A stretch of 63,936 nucleotides of DNA, filler included, from Saprolegnia diclina VS20 (taxonomy: Eukaryota), in assembly GCF_000281045.1 (NCBI RefSeq). It is 6 parts of 2 records of this genome, joined end to end, with 100 filler letters (N's around TTAATTAATTAA, not from the genome) between each part and the next. Parts side by side here need not be neighbours in the genome. Positions count along the whole stretch, not along the records: positions 1 to 12,950 come from NW_008246114.1; 5 more parts are not named here. One strand, given 5' to 3'. Made by a program: the position numbers and the translations under genes. The notes beneath the pieces were generated by a model. The model saw only the letters and a list, made by a program, of their open reading frames with translations. It was not told where the DNA came from and made no database searches. Below, piece after piece: positions 1-12,354 of this stretch. The first letter of the stretch is position 1; each line of letters starts with the position of its first letter.

Positions 1-121
1 TCCTTCGTCGTCGTCGTGCACAGGCTGGAAACGCCCGTTGCTGCCACTGGCAACAGATGGTGATCCTCCCGCCACACACATATGGCGATGTAATTGAAAA
101 GCCATGATCGCGCTGCACTGA

Positions 122-1757
122 CAGGACGCCCGGTCACCCAGGGGGGTCGCCCGGAACCCACTGGTTGACCCACCAGGTCGGCCGCCCCCCGCCCCCCATA
201 CATCCCTATTTGTAGAAAACCCGCGGGTCTACGGGGCCGGGCCCCGAGCTGACCAATCACATGCGTCCATTTTTGAAGCAACCAATCACAGCAAGCAACG
301 TCTTGTGCAACCGATTCCCCGCTCGACGATGGCGTCGACTGCACCCGCCCGATCATACACCAGCTCGAGCCGGCGCTGCTCAGAGTCGTCAACCACGCCT
401 CGAGCACGACGGCTGACATCCTCAAGGACCGGTACCTGGCATGAAGGCTGCCGACACGTCAGTTTTCTGTCGACAGTTCGACTCGCTCGCGGATTTCCGC
501 ACAGCGGCCGCGAACGTCGGCCACGTGGCAGCGCGGCCTGCGCCGACGACATTCCACGGTGCGCAGGCGATCGCAGCCGGCCGCGTGCCCGTGCGTGGCG
601 TCAACCTTAGGCGGCTGCCAGGCGAGCAATGGATGAGTCCGCGCTCTGACATTTGGAAGGACCTGCCGGCGAACGCGACGTGGACCGAGGTCGACGCGGC
701 GGCAGCGTACGCGTCGGCGGCCGCCGGCGTGAAAGGCCAGCTCGGCGCGCGCTCTGAGGCGCTTTCGGCGAGTTCGTTACTCCGCGCATTCGAACTAAAG
801 GTATGCAAATCTCTTACGTGAACACGCTAATCAATTAAATAGACAACAATGCAGCCTCCGTTGATCCAGGTATCGCCGAAGTCGCGGTCGGGAACGAGAC
901 GCCGATCGACGAGCTGCTCGGCGCCGCAGCAGCATTTCAAGCTGGCGATCTCCCGGACGTCCAAATCGGTTTCGACGCCAACGAGACCTGTCTTCCCAAG
1001 GTCAGCCAGTCCCCCTCGATGAGCGTCGTCTCTGGTACCATTCTCCCACAACGCTTGCTTTCGGTACAATGACGACGTAGCTCTTCAAGTGCCTTCGGTT
1101 CTTGCACTCTTCGAGTCCACGGCCAACTGCTTGCGTAATTTACACGCGAAGGAGAACGGTCAGCGATGTGCTCCGTGCCATTTTGTGACGTCAATATAGG
1201 GTCGGCAAACATGGAGGCCAAGTTCAACTCGCTTGCAGGAAGATGGTGCAAGAAAGCCCCCAAGCGGGTGGAGGCTCCGACGACGTCGGCCATGCACAAG
1301 AGGAACGTCATCATCGCAACCGCCAAGGGTCAGTATCGGCTCCTCTCCGTGTACGTCAAGTCGTACAACAAGTGGCGCATCGAGACGTCGGCCAGCGCCA
1401 CTAAGTCCACCATATCCACACGTGTGGGGTCGAGTGGGATGTCTTCCAGCACGTGCTCAAGAGCAACAACGACTACGTCTCCTTCCGCGGCGACGAAGTA
1501 AAGGCCGTTTTCAACACCGTTTGAATATTAGATATCTCCATTGTACTCTGTCTGTCCTCCAACATATTGAACACACGCAGTCCAACAGGACGCCAGTCAC
1601 CCCGGGGGGTCGCCCGAAACCAGCGGGTTCGGCTTTTTTGGCCCCCGACCCCCCACCTGAGGCCCATTTTGACCCGCGGGGTCGTCCAAAATCCCTTACG
1701 ACCCCCGAAATTTGTCCTCGGCTATTGTAACAGATACAGGGGTGACCGGGCGTCCTG
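122..1757. mobile_element. Non-autonomous TIR DNA transposon (18-bp TIR, 6-bp TSD)
   Basis: CAGGACGCCCGGTCACCC at 122-139 and its exact reverse complement at 1740-1757. CACTGA flanks both ends (116-121, 1758-1763). No recognisable intact transposase inside. Confidence 0.85.
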
Positions 1758-4700
1758 CACTGACGATAGGGTGGCCACGCCATCGGCACGCGCATTGCAT
1801 CACGCGTCGCATCGGTAAGAGCACACACACTGCAATAATGTGTAGTAGCTCTGTGTTGCAGCAAGAGCATTAAGGGTGCGTGGCGGTATAGGAGGGACGT
1901 GCTGGAAGAAAGAACGAATCTCATTTGGTGCAAGTGCCAAGTGGTTGCATTGTTGAAGTTTGGATTTACATCGTGGCATCAAATTGGCGCCGCGACCAGA
2001 AATGATGTGGTACAATTGCACGGCAATGCAATCTAGAAACCAAATCAGTAAAGGCGTTTCCATGTAGTAGTGACCAGTGAGTGAGGTATGGGCATGCCAC
2101 TGGGTTCTCACGCTCGCTGATAGGCTAGTGTCCTAGACTCAATCAAAAGAAACGCACTGGACCACATATTCATATACCACGGTATTGTTGTGCTCTACTA
2201 GTACGTTGTTGTGTAATCAATCGACCGGTTTTGCTGTGCTGAGAAGGGAGGGAACGTGGGTGGGCGTTGGGGGGTGCCTGGATGCCGGTAGTATGATGTC
2301 AACACCGATCGATGTGTGATGCTGCGTGCGATATCGCATTTTAGGATCCAAGAGTGTTGTGTAGCTTGCAGTTTTTAGAGAGATGTCGGTGCAAGAACGG
2401 TCGATGGTACCGGGAGGTGCCGTCAACCGTTCGTTGTCACGTGGCCATGTGTTTGTCATGCGCCACAGTTGACGCGGCGCGTCATGTTGTCGTTGGCGAT
2501 GACTCGTCAAAGCAAACGGCAATGAGGACGATTCATCTCTTCAAGGGTCGAGTGATCAAGGGTCCATTAAACGATTGTAGACCTTTATAAAACACGTATG
2601 TATACCAACCAACACTGTTAGAGCATTCGACTCCTATTTCCTATTGTGCGGAAGGCTGTGATTGGTGGATCCTATCGTGAAATTGGAGTAGGAGTGCTAT
2701 CTCCACCCGTCCATCCCATTCAAAGGCTCATATGCCGAAATTCGAACTAACCGCCTTCGCGCCTTTATGGAAGCTCTCTTGCGTATGCAAATAACTTTGG
2801 TGTTAGCGTCCATGCACCGAAACTGGCGCGAGTTCTTGCTCGACGACGACGACGTCGACGAGCTCGTGCACGAGGTGTTGTCGTCGTCTTAAAACCGAAC
2901 CGTACGCCGCCCTCTTGTCGACGCCTTCAACGGAGCCGGTGCGCGCCAACACCCACGCTCGCGTGAGAATAGCGACTTCGTGCGGTGTCCAGGGCTTGTG
3001 TCGAGGCATTGCTATAGTGGGTCCAGGGAGCACAAGCTCGTCTTCTATGGGCATATGGGCTTCGCTGGGCGCCACGTAGAGCGAGAGTACCTAGACGGTG
3101 GCCTTTGTAATAACGAAGATAACGCGGAACACGTTCATAAATATATAATGGCCATTCGCGCAGGGCTCCGTTGTGCGTCGTGAATTAACCATAGGTGCTC
3201 TTGAAACGAATTATTTCCACGTATAGCACATGTAATTTTATATATCCACGATAGCAATCTTATTATGAGGCAACGTTGTCTTGCGGCCTTGTTGTGCAAT
3301 CGTGCAAGCAACCACAGACCGGTTGTGAATTACTGTAGGTAGCGCATAGCATGCATCGTCGCGGCAGGTGTTGAGCGTCGAGCGATGACACCGCATCTCG
3401 ACGGACCAAGCGTCGGAGGTGTACATGGGGACGAGTACTATAGCGCTCTTGACCGCAAGTGAAGCGGCTGGAATTGCGTCGGTGTTGAGCAAACGTTTCG
3501 GTTGTTACGGTCAACACGATGGCGCCGCACGCGGGCGAGGTCTTGGTGACTGAAGCAGCGCGATGGGCCGGGACGACAAGCACGCCGTGAGCGGCATTCA
3601 GTACATCCTCGAGAGCCTCAGACCTCGCGATGCTACGGTACCTCGGCACCGAGCAGCTCCATCGTGGTGCACTCGATCGACAGGTCGGCGCTGCGCTCGA
3701 GCGACATACAAAAGGCGTGAAGCCTCCTCGCGGAGTGTTCGCAGATCCACTTGGTCGACCACGTGAACGCAGCGTCGCTCTGGGACGAGTCCGAGGCCAA
3801 GCGCTTTGGGTGGCTTGAGCACCGTACTTGCTCGAGAGACTACCGGTACCAGAAGGTCGCGACTAGGGATTTTGAGCCGAGAACGGCGTAGCAACAGCGT
3901 CATAGAGAAGCTAGCGAGGGTCAATGGGAGACGGAAGAGGTCATTGCACGTGCCGCATTGCAACGAAGGCAGCAGCAGACATCATGGCCCAGCAAGCCTT
4001 CACAGAAGCGGACCGGTACGGCTTGCAGCGTCACGAGGTGGTTGTAGATGGCTTCCTGGCCCTACAACAGTCGTTCGAGATGCTTGTGCTCTGGCCATTT
4101 TGAGAGCGCTCACTAGCTCCATCAAGTCGGCGTAACTACTTGGGCAACATCCGTGATTTTGTCCGCCATGCCAGTGGTTCGCGAGACGGTTTTGTGTTTA
4201 CTGACACTACTCACCATTCAAAAATGGCACGAGCCCGCTTGCTCTGCGCCTGGAGCTTGCATCTCATGTGCTTCGCGATTTGGTCTTCTGGCTCATTCGG
4301 CCTTGCGCTTGCCCTTCTTGGAAATAGACCGCCCCTTGTCTCGTGCGTCTGTCAGGCTTTTCATTCTCGAGCGACGCAGTTCATGGCATCGAGGACACTC
4401 GATCGTCGGCGTTTTCGTATCGTGCGTTGAGTCTTTGTAGTTTACCATTGCATTCTCCTGCTACTAGCCACTAGCGACGATTCCCGTCCAAGAGAATATA
4501 TGTTCGATTTCCTTGTTTCCGTCGAACTACCCATTTCTGGGTTGCTACTGCAGGTCTGGCGGTCCCTACTTTCTTTGCAAGCGTTCCTCTGCATTGATCA
4601 CAGCGCCGTCGAGCTTTCCTTCCATTTTTGCACATTGCCACACTCTGGACGGGGGCATGTAAGTACACGAGGTACTAGGTCAAGAGCCGAAAAGATGTTC

Positions 4701-5949
4701 CCGTGGCGCGTCTCGAAGGCAATTGCTCATGGCGGCGGCTGCGTTGACAACCAACGAGAAAATACGAGCTCAAAGACGGCCTTTCGAGTTCTTCTAGCAC
4801 TGCGCTTACGTACGTGGGAGTTGGCGCCTACCCTCCATCGTTGGGAGTGAGCTAGCTCAGTGAGCTGCTGATGGTGACCCATCCCGATACAATTCGGACA
4901 TTCTACGCTCCTGCGGGTTCTCGAGGTCAGTTTTTGGTGGAATAAGTGGGGATATTCTGAAGGTACATCGCACTGGGACTTCCACGGAGGTGGTCTCCCT
5001 GAGATCGCGTAGGATCAGATCGCCTCTTCCGGGCCTCTCGACGCCCACATGCATGGGTTGCCGCGCAACGTTGACGGATGTAAAATCATGCTCCGCGGCT
5101 ACTCGATGCCCTTTCCCCATTCGACGCCCGTGCTACTACACTAGCACCAACCCATCCATCCCTAAAACCATCCATCCCTAAAAGGCGTTCTTAGCGCCGA
5201 GTACTATAAGATGGTCCGGGAAACGCGCACTATCTTGAGGACATGTTCAACGATGCTGGCTTCAACGCGACTTCACTTTGAGTCTTTGACGCTCGGGGGC
5301 GTGCACGTGTACGGTATCTCGCCCAACACGAACGATGGCAAGCACTGTCGAAGAACCGGACGTGGCAAGCGCAGCGTGCGCACGAGCTCGTCACAGGTTC
5401 GACTCGCCAAAAATTGGCGGCCGTTGTGGATCGGCCACTTGGGAATGCTTGGTCTTGCACCCACCGTGGACGTGCGGCGGCAACTGGCGTGGCTTGGAAA
5501 CCACCCAAGGTATAGGAATCTACGAGACGCGACCTGGGATGCAGGATGAAACGCGTGCACTGTATTCGAATATGCAAAAATGATGATGGCAAGATCGAGC
5601 GACCGAACGACAGCGAGCTGCCCGCGCCTTTACTACCGCGCCGTCGCCGTCGTGCGCGGGTACTTTTGCTGCAATCGAACCAAAGAGACATTATGAGATG
5701 CGAACCCACGCCTTTACTACGCGATCGTCCAAGCTACTGCAAACGAACCCGAGCATCACGACATCATGGCGGTCTGGTCTACAAAGTGAAATATACCCAA
5801 TAGTAACAAGAATTCAACGCTGATTTTGGCTCGCTTGGCCCACGGTGCAGCCCAGAAGGGCCCACGAGAGGTGTCCATGGTCTCGTCCATGCATCATCAA
5901 GGCCATTTGTACCTGTCATCGACTACGACGACGACGGCCTTGACGTGTC

Positions 5950-6130
5950 GTGCTGCCAGTACTCGACGTCGAGTCAACCTGTTTCTGCCCCGAACCACGC
6001 TCGTACCAAGCATCAAGCCACGTTACTCTCGCCTCTTTTCCACGACACCGACCCATCACGGGATGCGGCGACACCTCGCGCGTGATGCGTTGGTCGCCTT
6101 CGACCGCGCGATTACCGTCGCCGACGTCAG
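5950..6130 (+). mobile_element. Possible degenerate LINE (L1/Tx1-like) ORF2 fragment
   Basis: Translation YSRLFSTTP...LARDALVAFDRAITVADVR resembles the 'Y..LFS...L...IT..EV' segment that precedes the RT domain. Short and degenerate. Confidence 0.35.
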
Positions 6131-7265
6131 GTTGATAGGTCTGTAGTAGCGAGGCGCTTGATAACCTTTTGTTGAAAACAAACTGATTGCTACCGAGTGC
6201 GAATCATGCGAGAAGACGTAGCTTCGACAAGGTTCTTTGCGCATCCAATTCACCATTGGTTGCCGTGGGGACGTGCGAAATGCGAGTTTGTCAATATCGC
6301 ATAGAACATCACAAACGACTGCCGACCTCGACCCGTGACCCGTAAATGGTCGACGAGCGCCCCTTCCCCACCATTAATATCAGTGGCGGCTCGCTACAAC
6401 CGCCGCGTCGGACCTGTATACTACAACTTCAAGTGTGTCCGACGTCCACGGCTTGTCGTGTTGATGCAAATGGACGGCTGTCCACTGTCGCGGTCGCGTT
6501 CGAGGAACCTTCGCGTGACGCGAGGCGATTCTGATTGGTGGAGGTTTCATGACGCGCCAGCGTCACGTAAAAATGCGCCCACGCCCGTCGCGCGGATGAC
6601 GGAAACCCCATTCTTGCTACAAATCTCGTGCAACCAATCACAGGCGAGGACACTTGCACCCAAGCTCTGATTGGACTGGCCTCGTAACGATTACAGCATG
6701 GCAGATGGCACCTGTCTCGCCCATCGTCGAGCGCACGTTGCTCGCGCTGGACCCAAGCCTTCAGGCTCGCTCTGCCGTAGGTTCCCTGCCTATGTCCGGG
6801 TGCTTTTTGGCCTGCGCTGCCAACTCCGTAGCCTTTCAAATGGCGTCGTCGGCTCGACGACCGCAGCACCCACGTCGCCACCAGTGACAGCGGCCGTTGA
6901 CGCATCTTTGTGCTTGGTGCATTTCTCTGCACGTGGCCGCTCGCATAAAACACTCGAATAAATTACGCTATAAACACACGGCCAGAGTAAGCGAGCTGAA
7001 AAATAATTTAAATCGGGTCGACGAGAAGCCGGGCCAGCTGCCTCGGGAGTATTTTTATTCATCGAAAGCGGTATTACATACAAAACGCAAGTGCATGGGA
7101 GGATTCGAGCGCGCACTTGAATAAAAATGCAAACAGAATCTGGCTCGAAACCCCTGTCTTGACCAATGTATACAGCGGCTGGGGCGGTGGCCGGCGGACT
7201 TTGGCAGCATTTGACTATTTTGAGCTCCGCAGTGACCGCTCCTTAACACCAAGAACCCGACTGTG

Positions 7266-8390
7266 ATGTGTCGCCCGATGGAAGCCACGGTGCCCCTCGT
7301 TGGCAGCTTTAGCCGCCTCCAGCAGGGGTACGCCAACCAAGGCAACATGTACCAGACGTCGGCGATGGCCAAGCCCATGATGCACCATCATGACATGGTC
7401 CCGCCGTTCATGATGATGAACAACCATGCGCCCAAGTACGAGCTCTCGACCAAGCCCGAGCCGCTCATGGAGTCGCTCGCGCCTGCGTCGATGGAAGATG
7501 TAGACGTCGGCAGCTTTGATGACCTCCTCGACTGCGCGATCCTGGACGACGACAAGGACGACGTCGACTTCAACGTCGAAGAAGACTTTGACAACAGCGA
7601 AATGTCCATTCTGTACTCGTTCTTGATGGACAAGGCCGACGAGATGCCCGAGAAGCTCCGCGCCAACTCGCTCGATGGCACGGACGACGGCGTCATGACG
7701 CTCAACCTCCTCGACTCGTCGCCGCTCGATACGCTCCTCGACATGACGTCCGAGGAAGAGTGCGACCTCTCCGAGATCGAACTCAAGCCGCCGTCCGAGT
7801 ACATGCACCAGCAGGCGCCGCTTGACCTCCTCAACGACTTGCACGACTCGCACCCGTCGTCCAAGAGCCGCCGCCTCTGCAAGATGGACGGCTGCGAAAA
7901 GCGGTCGCGCTCGCACGGCCTCTGCATCGCCCATGGCGGCGGTCGCCGCTGCGCGGTCGAAGGCTGCGACAAGTCGAGCCAGGGCGGCAACCTCTGCATC
8001 AAGCACGGTGGTGGCAAGCGCTGCGAAGTCCAAGGCTGCGACAAGGCCGCCCAGTCCAACATGCTCTGCAAGGCCCACGGCGGTGGTCCGCGCTGCCTCT
8101 TCTCGGGCTGCAACCGCAGCTCGCAGGGCGGTGGCTTTTGCCGCTCGCACGGCGGTGGCAAGCGCTGCCTCTTTGAGGGCTGCGACAAGGGCACCCAACG
8201 CGGCGACTTCTGTGCGCTCCACGGCGGCTCGCGCCTCTGCGGCGTCAGCGGCTGCATGCGCAACGACCGTGGCGGTGGCTTCTGTGCGACCCACGGCGGC
8301 GGCAAGCGCTGCGGCTTTGACGGCTGCCTCAAGCCGTGCCGGCGAAAGGGCCTCTGCTCTGCGCACCTCCGCCTCTCGGGCGAAGTCTAG
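7266..8390 (+). CDS. Tandem CxxxxC...CxxHGGG zinc-finger repeat protein (WRKY19-like repeat family) with acidic N-terminus
   Basis: Intronless ORF with about 7 repeats such as CKMDGCEKRSRSHGLCIAHGGG. ATG at 7266, alternative 7278. Confidence 0.88.
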   Translation: MCRPMEATVPLVGSFSRLQQGYANQGNMYQTSAMAKPMMHHHDMVPPFMMMNNHAPKYELSTKPEPLMESLAPASMEDVDVGSFDDLLDCAILDDDKDDVDFNVEEDFDNSEMSILYSFLMDKADEMPEKLRANSLDGTDDGVMTLNLLDSSPLDTLLDMTSEEECDLSEIELKPPSEYMHQQAPLDLLNDLHDSHPSSKSRRLCKMDGCEKRSRSHGLCIAHGGGRRCAVEGCDKSSQGGNLCIKHGGGKRCEVQGCDKAAQSNMLCKAHGGGPRCLFSGCNRSSQGGGFCRSHGGGKRCLFEGCDKGTQRGDFCALHGGSRLCGVSGCMRNDRGGGFCATHGGGKRCGFDGCLKPCRRKGLCSAHLRLSGEV

Positions 8391-9316
8391 AGCCATCGTC
8401 GTGCGCGCCCATTGAAGCCAGCGCGGCCTCGTCTGCGCGGAGTACACACACCTGCATGTGCCTAAGATTTCTGGATCATACAATATCTGCCCGTTGCATC
8501 CTCCACGGATGAAGACGCATGTGATTTTTATTTGTTATATGAAACTCGTGTTGTTTGTGTCTTTGAATTTGGTCAATGGTAACACATAAATACACAACCA
8601 ACAACGTACTTGACCACGAGTACACCTTGTCGTGCATCGCCGGCAAACCGACCAGCAATAAGAAAGGACTCAGATCTACGATCACGTCGTCGCTTGATGG
8701 ACGCGTGGCGACTCCATGCAGCTGCGAGGAAGTGGTAGGTGGCGACGGCGACTGCATGGACCCGAGCCGCGTTGGTCGCTGGTGCCACATACTTCAACGA
8801 GTTGGCTCCACGTGTCGACGAGGCGTGCTCCTTTGTTGGTGCCTGCAGCATCTATCGACCGGTCGCTCGCAGTAATCGCAAGCCGCGCCTCCATGCACGA
8901 TCCAGACACGCATTGAAAAGTGCAATGTCAGACCAGAATGGTGTCTGGTTCGTAGTGCAATGAGTTTTGAGTCATCTGACCACAACGCGCTGGCAAACTT
9001 GAGTCCTAGAGACACGAGGTGAGGTCCGAGCGCACCAAGCACATCTTGGCTGTTCTGCAGTCTGAAAAGCAACGTCCTATCACCAGATCTGCTACACGCG
9101 ATTGCTAATGCAAACTGGTTTCGCGGCCAACCAGATGCAACGCCCATCAGATCTTAGCTCGACCCGCACGACGACGTCTTCGTCGATGACACGTCGCCAG
9201 TCGAGCGTTGCGGCTCGCTTCTCACGCACTTGCAACACACAACGCTATTGACCAAGAGACGACATGGGATTGTCATGTATCCTGAGGTCCAGAAACAGTC
9301 GCAATGGTGGAGGACT

Positions 9317-9910
9317 TTAGGGCGTGCCGGCGGCGCGGGCGGCCTTGAGGTTCTTGGCGTACCACACGAGCTCGTTGACAAACTTGGCCGAGCTGTCAGC
9401 GAGCGAGTCGGCGCCGGCCGCGCCGTCCTGGACGGTGCCGTCTTCGTTGAGTAGCGCTTGGATGATCGGGTACGGGAGGAGCTTGGGAATCGACACCAAC
9501 CCGAGCTCGCCAAGGTACGCGCGGAGCTGGATCGCGGCGCGGACGCCGCCAAACGGGCCCATGCTGTACGAGACAATGCCGGCGACCTTGTAGTAAAACT
9601 CGTTGTGGTAAAAGTAGTTGAGGAGCGACGAGATGACGGGCGAGTACGCATGGTTGTACTCGGGCGTCACGACGACAAACGCGTCGCTCTCGGTAAACTT
9701 TTCGTAAACTTCGGTGAGCGCCGGCGTCTTTTGGTCGACCGGCAGGTAGTCGTAGCGGTTGCCAAAGAGCGGGATCTGCAGCACGACCGGGTCAATGAGG
9801 TGAACGTTGATGCCTTGCGCAAGGAGCTGCGCCTCGACGTGCTTGGCGGCGCGGAGGCCCTGACGACCAGGGCGGACCGAGCCAATGATTACCGAGATCG
9901 TGAGCGGCAT
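9317..9910 (-). CDS. NADPH-dependent FMN reductase (flavodoxin-like), paralog 1
   Basis: GSVRPGRQG, VVVTPEYNH and SYSMGPFGG motifs. ATG at 9910, preceded by an INR/FPR-like GGCATTCTTGCATTCAC on the minus strand. Confidence 0.92.
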   Translation of the reverse strand: MPLTISVIIGSVRPGRQGLRAAKHVEAQLLAQGINVHLIDPVVLQIPLFGNRYDYLPVDQKTPALTEVYEKFTESDAFVVVTPEYNHAYSPVISSLLNYFYHNEFYYKVAGIVSYSMGPFGGVRAAIQLRAYLGELGLVSIPKLLPYPIIQALLNEDGTVQDGAAGADSLADSSAKFVNELVWYAKNLKAARAAGTP

Positions 9911-11206
9911 GGAAGGCGTGCGGGATCGACGAGGTGAATGCAAGAATGCCCAGCGTCAGGTTGCCCGATTTGCGATCTTCGAACTTTGGCATTCGATTTT
10001 TTAGAACCGTGCGCTGTGATTGGGCAAAAGAAAAAATCGGCCGCTCGCCTTGGTGAGGGCTAGGGTTATGGGTTGGACCAACAGCCTTGCCGCGCCACGC
10101 CGCGTCACAACCTTGCAGGAGAAGCAAGCGACGTGATCGTTTACATGGCTTTGGTGCGGCACTCTCGTATACGTATAGTCGCTCGATGTGGAAGGAGAGC
10201 TTGGAAGGAGAAGCTCGGACGNNNNNNNNNNNNNNNNNNNNNNNNNNNNNNNNNNNNNNNNNNNNNNNNNNNNNNNNNNNNNNNNNNNNNNNNNNNNNNN
10301 NNNNNNNNNNNNNNNNNNNNNNNNNNNNNNNNNNNNNNNNNNNNNNNNNNNNNNNNNNNNNNNNNNNNNNNNNNNNNNNNNNNNNNNNNNNNNNNNNNNN
10401 NNNNNNNNNNNNNNNNNNNNNNNNNNNNNNNNNNNNNNNNNNNNNNNNNNNNNNNNNNNNNNNNNNNNNNNNNNNNNNNNNNNNNNNNNNNNNNNNNNNN
10501 NNNNNNNNNNNNNNNNNNNNNNNNNNNNNNNNNNNNNNNNNNNNNNNNNNNNNNNNNNNNNNNNNNNNNNNNNNNNNNNNNNNNNNNNNNNNNNNNNNNN
10601 NNNNNNNNNNNNNNNNNNNNNNNNNNNNNNNNNNNNNNNNNNNNNNNNNNNNNNNNNNNNNNNNNNNNNNNNNNNNNNNNNNNNNNNNNNNNNNNNNNNN
10701 NNNNNNNNNNNNNNNNNNNNNNNNNNNNNNNNNNNNNNNNNNNNNNNNNNNNNNNNNNNNNNNNNNNNNNNNNNNNNNNNNNNNNNNNNNNNNNNNNNNN
10801 NNNNNNNNNNNNNNNNNNNNNNNNNNNNNNNNNNNNNNNNNNNNNNNNNNNNNNNNNNNNNNNNNNNNNNNNNNNNNNNNNNNNNNNNNNNNNNNNNNNN
10901 NNNNNNNNNNNNNNNNNNNNNNNNNNNNNNNNNNNNNNNNNNNNNNNNNNNNNNNNNNNNNNNNNNNNNNNNNNNNNNNNNNNNNNNNNNNNNNNNNNNN
11001 NNNNNNNNNNNNNNNNNNNNNNNNNNNNNNNNNNNNNNNNNNNNNNNNNNNNNNNNNNNNNNNNNNNNNNNNNNNNNNNNNNNNNNNNNNNNNNNNNNNN
11101 NNNNNNNNNNNNNNNNNNNNNNNNNNNNNNNNNNNNNNNNNNNNNNNNNNNNNNNNNNNNNNNNNNNNNNNNNNNNNNNNNNNNNNNNNNNNNNNNNNNN
11201 NNNNNN

Positions 11207-11716
11207 GATCGAGGCGTCGAGTTGGTCGCGTAAAGTCGCGACCTGCTGGTTGGATTCGGCCAAAGAGGCTTGGGTTGCAGCGAGCTGGCGCGTGTGCTCG
11301 GCTCGAAGCGCGTCGATCGCGCGAAGATGGTCGGCAGCCATCGTATCCCGCTCGCGCTGCAGAGCGCGGACGGTGGTCTCGGCTGCTACTGTTGCGGCGC
11401 TGGAGGCGTCGAGTTGGCGCTGCAGTGTCGCTGCGGTGGCGGTGGATGCGTCCAGAGACGCCTGCATCGCGTCCACGTGGCGTTGTTGTGTGTCTTCAAG
11501 GAGCTCCATGATGGTAGCGGCGTCGAGCTGCGGCGGGTCGTCGAGATCGGTGTCGAGGTGATCGTGTTGCTGCTCGACCGTGCTCGACGCCGTGGTCGTT
11601 GTCGTCGGTGCGTCGTCGGTGGTGTCCGTCGGCGTGGACGTGGCGTTGGAGTAGATCATGTAGGCCAGCCCGGCGGTCAAGGCAGCCATCGTAGCGCGGC
11701 CAAAGTAAGCAGTCAT
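11207..11716 (-). CDS. Partial hypothetical protein: N-terminal hydrophobic anchor plus repetitive coiled coil; 3' end lies in gap
   Basis: MTAYFGRATMAALTAGLAYMIY, then a Thr/Asp linker and repeated QLDAS heptad segments that run into the N gap. Confidence 0.6.
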
Positions 11717-12354
11717 GTTCGTTGTCGTCGAGGAAATGGTTTGTGAAGAGCTGGTTCTTGCGCTGTGTATGGTGTAAAGGGTGTTGAACGACCCTTTGCA
11801 CTCGCGCTTTTGTACATCGTATGTAAAGGGCACCTCCAGCTCTGAACCAAAAGAGAAAAGCGGGCGGCCTCGCATTTCGCTTGCGATCCAAGACACAAAG
11901 CAATGGCGGCGAGCTCAAAAACTGTCGATCGATGGAGATCGTAGTGAGGTATATCATTGACAATACACGAAAGACATCTACAACAAGCAGCGTTGATGAC
12001 GCATCAAGATGCCGACAAGATTCGTAGACATCACAATCGAAAGCTTGTACTAGTACGACACAAAACAGCACGTAGACTTCTGGTCTACAGCAAGAGCTAG
12101 ATACTGCGCAATGATCCTGCACGCGCACAAAACAGCGCAGGTAGAACTCTACACTACTACCCCAGCTACTACCCGGTGCCAAGGCTATAGAGGCATAGAG
12201 CTAGGCCATAGTATGGCCTTGCTACTATTATCGACACATTTCCTCTTTCCACGCTGCATGTCACAAAAGCTAAGGTTGGATTTGCAGTATTTAATGGTGT
12301 ATACGAAAATCATGTTACATGCGTACTAGTGCTTTCAAAGACGTCTATCAACAC

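Noticed and set aside
10001..11896. Long ORFs spanning N gaps (also around 39.7-40.6 kb and 46.7-48.5 kb)
   Set aside because: Their length comes from X residues.
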